Assembly: GCF_964204645.1 (NCBI RefSeq) | Contig: NC_134032.1 | Span: 6,622,275 to 6,686,274 of the forward strand | Direction: 5' to 3' | Length of the DNA: 64,000 nt | Origin: Tubulanus polymorphus | Lineage: Eukaryota > Animalia > Nemertea | In this document: piece after piece, positions 62,002 through 64,000 of the stretch | Position numbering within the stretch: position 1 is the first letter of the stretch | How the letters are laid out: each line of letters opens with the position of its first letter | Notes under the pieces: generated by a model | Told to the model about the DNA's origin: nothing | What the model saw: only the letters and a program-made list of their open reading frames with translations | Databases searched by the model: none | Translations under genes and position numbers: made by a program

Positions 62002-63130
62002 CTCAATATTTGTTACGTATATCCGATGAATCGTTGTCCCGAGTTCGTTCTAACGAGGTTCCATCGTATATATTGTATTTAATTTATGCGTTGGTCTATT
62101 TTTTTCCAGAAACCTGTCGCTCAAGTAATGCGCGGCCCCATTGTCTTGTCTTTAGTTCATGTACCAGCCTAAGCCACTTTTATGATACACGGAATGCAAT
62201 TTTTTTTCTCGTAAATTCTGCGAAAATCAGATATCGTGCGCAAGCTGTTTTCATTCGAACGAAATCACAGGAGAGAAGTGTTATTGTTCAGTAATGAACA
62301 ATAGCCTGAACAAAAGCTCGCAGCCTTATGCGGCGCGGTGGCTGTGATCACGAAGAGGCGTCAGAATAATCTTCGTTTATCTCGTGCCCTCACAGGGTTC
62401 TTACATCAGGGGAAATCAGGGAATTCCTGGATTTATGTTGATAAGCGAAACCCACTTTTGATGATGAAAAAGTTTGTTCTAACAGTTTGGCGGTTTTAAC
62501 TAACCCCATCATCAGAGAAACGAAAACAAAATACCATTTGGGAATACTGACATTTTTCTTGTGAATCAGAGGAAAATATCTGCCTCTGTCTTTACCCTTT
62601 CATCTCCCTCTCCGTGACGTTCCACCTCTCCCTTCATTACCGTCTCCCTCTCTACTTTTTCCTCTCCGTTCTCTGGGTGCTCACTTCAGCGGACTTTTAA
62701 AGGATTTGCTTAGCCCTCATTGAAATGCAATGTATACACCACATTCATTTTTAACGAAAATCGAAATGCGATGAATAAATTCGTTTTCCAATTGAATGTT
62801 ACGATTTTTTCGAGATCGTGTAGTTTCGAGTTCTGTCGTAAATCCAACCTGAAAATAAACGAATCGATGGGTTTATAATCGGCCTTAATGTGAACCTTTA
62901 ACGCTCCTGAGGCAAGTAAGGATCCGCCGGATGTTGCTCGTAGATACTCGGCCTTCCGCATCTTTCCTACATTTCTTTCAAATGAAGTAGTTATTGATGA
63001 AAACTATACCAATCACTGAGTAGTAATATGAATTGAATAATACATCTAATAAGTTTACTAAGTCTGGCCCCATCATTGATTGACTAAATAAGGCCCACAA
63101 TTAATTGCTCTTTATTGCAAAACCACGAAT

Positions 63131-63271
63131 GGCTACATAGAAAAGGGCCATGCTAATAAAGTGAATAATGAAGAGTTGCAATCCCTTGGTAAAAGAGTAT
63201 GGTTTCTTCCCCACCATGGTGTAGTTAACCCCAATAAACCCGACACTGTCGGGGTAGTGTTTGTCGCTGCA
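63131..63271 (+). mobile_element. BEL/Pao reverse-transcriptase fragment
   Basis: GYIEKGHANKV...WFLPHHGVVNPNKPDTVGVVFVAA matches the BEL/Pao (Y/F)LPHH.V..P.K..K.RVVFDA motif. Confidence 0.8.
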
Positions 63272-63449
63272 ACTCTATTACCTCGGTGTGTCATTAAATC
63301 AGTATTGCAATTGATTCGGGAGCCTGAATATCCAGTTCGAAATTCATTGATGATGAATCTGAAAACGAAAGACTGAGTACTTGGTGACGCCATATGGCCG
63401 GATACCTGGTGTTGCAGCTCCCTAGACAAGCATTCGTTAATCAGACCCA

Positions 63450-63900
63450 CCTGCAACAGGAGCACCGAGGCAAATATCCAAATCCTCCAAAACATATACT
63501 ATATGCAAATGACATGTATATATATTCGCTTCCAAATTGTTCGAAAAGAACGAGTACGAGTTAACAACCGTAGCCTGACAATAAAATGCCGATAGAAGTG
63601 CTGACTGCAAGGGCTGCTATATAACCCTTCAAAATGGTATAACACCCACTTGAATCGCCAGTAATGTGTTCAGAACTATGTATGATGTGAATGTATCTAT
63701 CCCGGGATGTTTGATCACCAATGAAACGATTATGCGTGCAAAAAGTTTTGATAAACCCATCGCTGTTAAAGTAAATCCCGCCTGTTCCGGATATATCTCT
63801 AATAAAGCTCTAGTTCCAGATACGATGTGCACATATAGAATAGATAATCCTACATGTAACAGAAATGTATGTGTGACAGAGCTTTTCCTCACGAACCCAG
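63450..63900 (-). pseudogene. Degraded MFS / SLC16 monocarboxylate-transporter-like exon
   Basis: Hydrophobic helices ...EQAGFTLTAMGLSKLFARII... continue past a TGA/frameshift into EGYIAALAVSTSIGILLSGYGC*LVLVLFEQFG...FGGFGY..GAPVAG, resembling MCT TM7-11. Contains stops and frameshifts. Confidence 0.6.
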
Positions 63901-64000
63901 GTTACGGAGCTTTTTCTTACAATTGCTCTTAACCTGCCCTGTCGGATCTATTATAAATCGCTCGAGCCCCTGACGGCGGATCTGCATGCAGGACAAAAGA

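Noticed and set aside
63133-63495. 120-aa ORF with a signal-peptide-like start
   Set aside because: It is a composite of a shifted frame of the transporter pseudogene and the antisense of the BEL/Pao fragment.

Overview
AT-rich eukaryotic (invertebrate-like) genomic DNA, dense in transposons, with no prokaryotic features. I reconstructed four host genes by hand from GT-AG splice sites and exon phases. (1) A complete 10-exon SLC7/LAT-type amino-acid transporter on the minus strand (22156->2062, 521 aa). (2) A divergently oriented 6-exon GMEB-like SAND (KDWK) transcription factor (27211->44989, about 449 aa). (3) A 68-aa secreted prepropeptide absent from the ORF track (52666->56119), predicted to release the amidated disulfide-ring peptide NPDNNCYRFRCT-NH2. 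(4) An adjacent 119-aa secreted protein with 8 Cys in colipase/prokineticin-like spacing (57300->60036). A degraded MFS/SLC16-like fragment ends the window. Mobile elements: a structurally complete DIRS1 tyrosine-recombinase retrotransposon, a full-length piggyBac with two nonsense codons, an internally deleted Ty3/Gypsy element with unequal LTRs, a ~160-bp Penelope-type retroelement carrying a minimal hammerhead ribozyme, hAT-like elements with 6-bp TSDs, Helentron/HINE-like elements carrying 154-bp satellite arrays, several MITE families, a tRNA-derived SINE and a BEL/Pao scrap. The best novelty candidates are the two small secreted Cys-peptide genes and the hammerhead mini-retroelement. All calls are by eye; no database searches were run.
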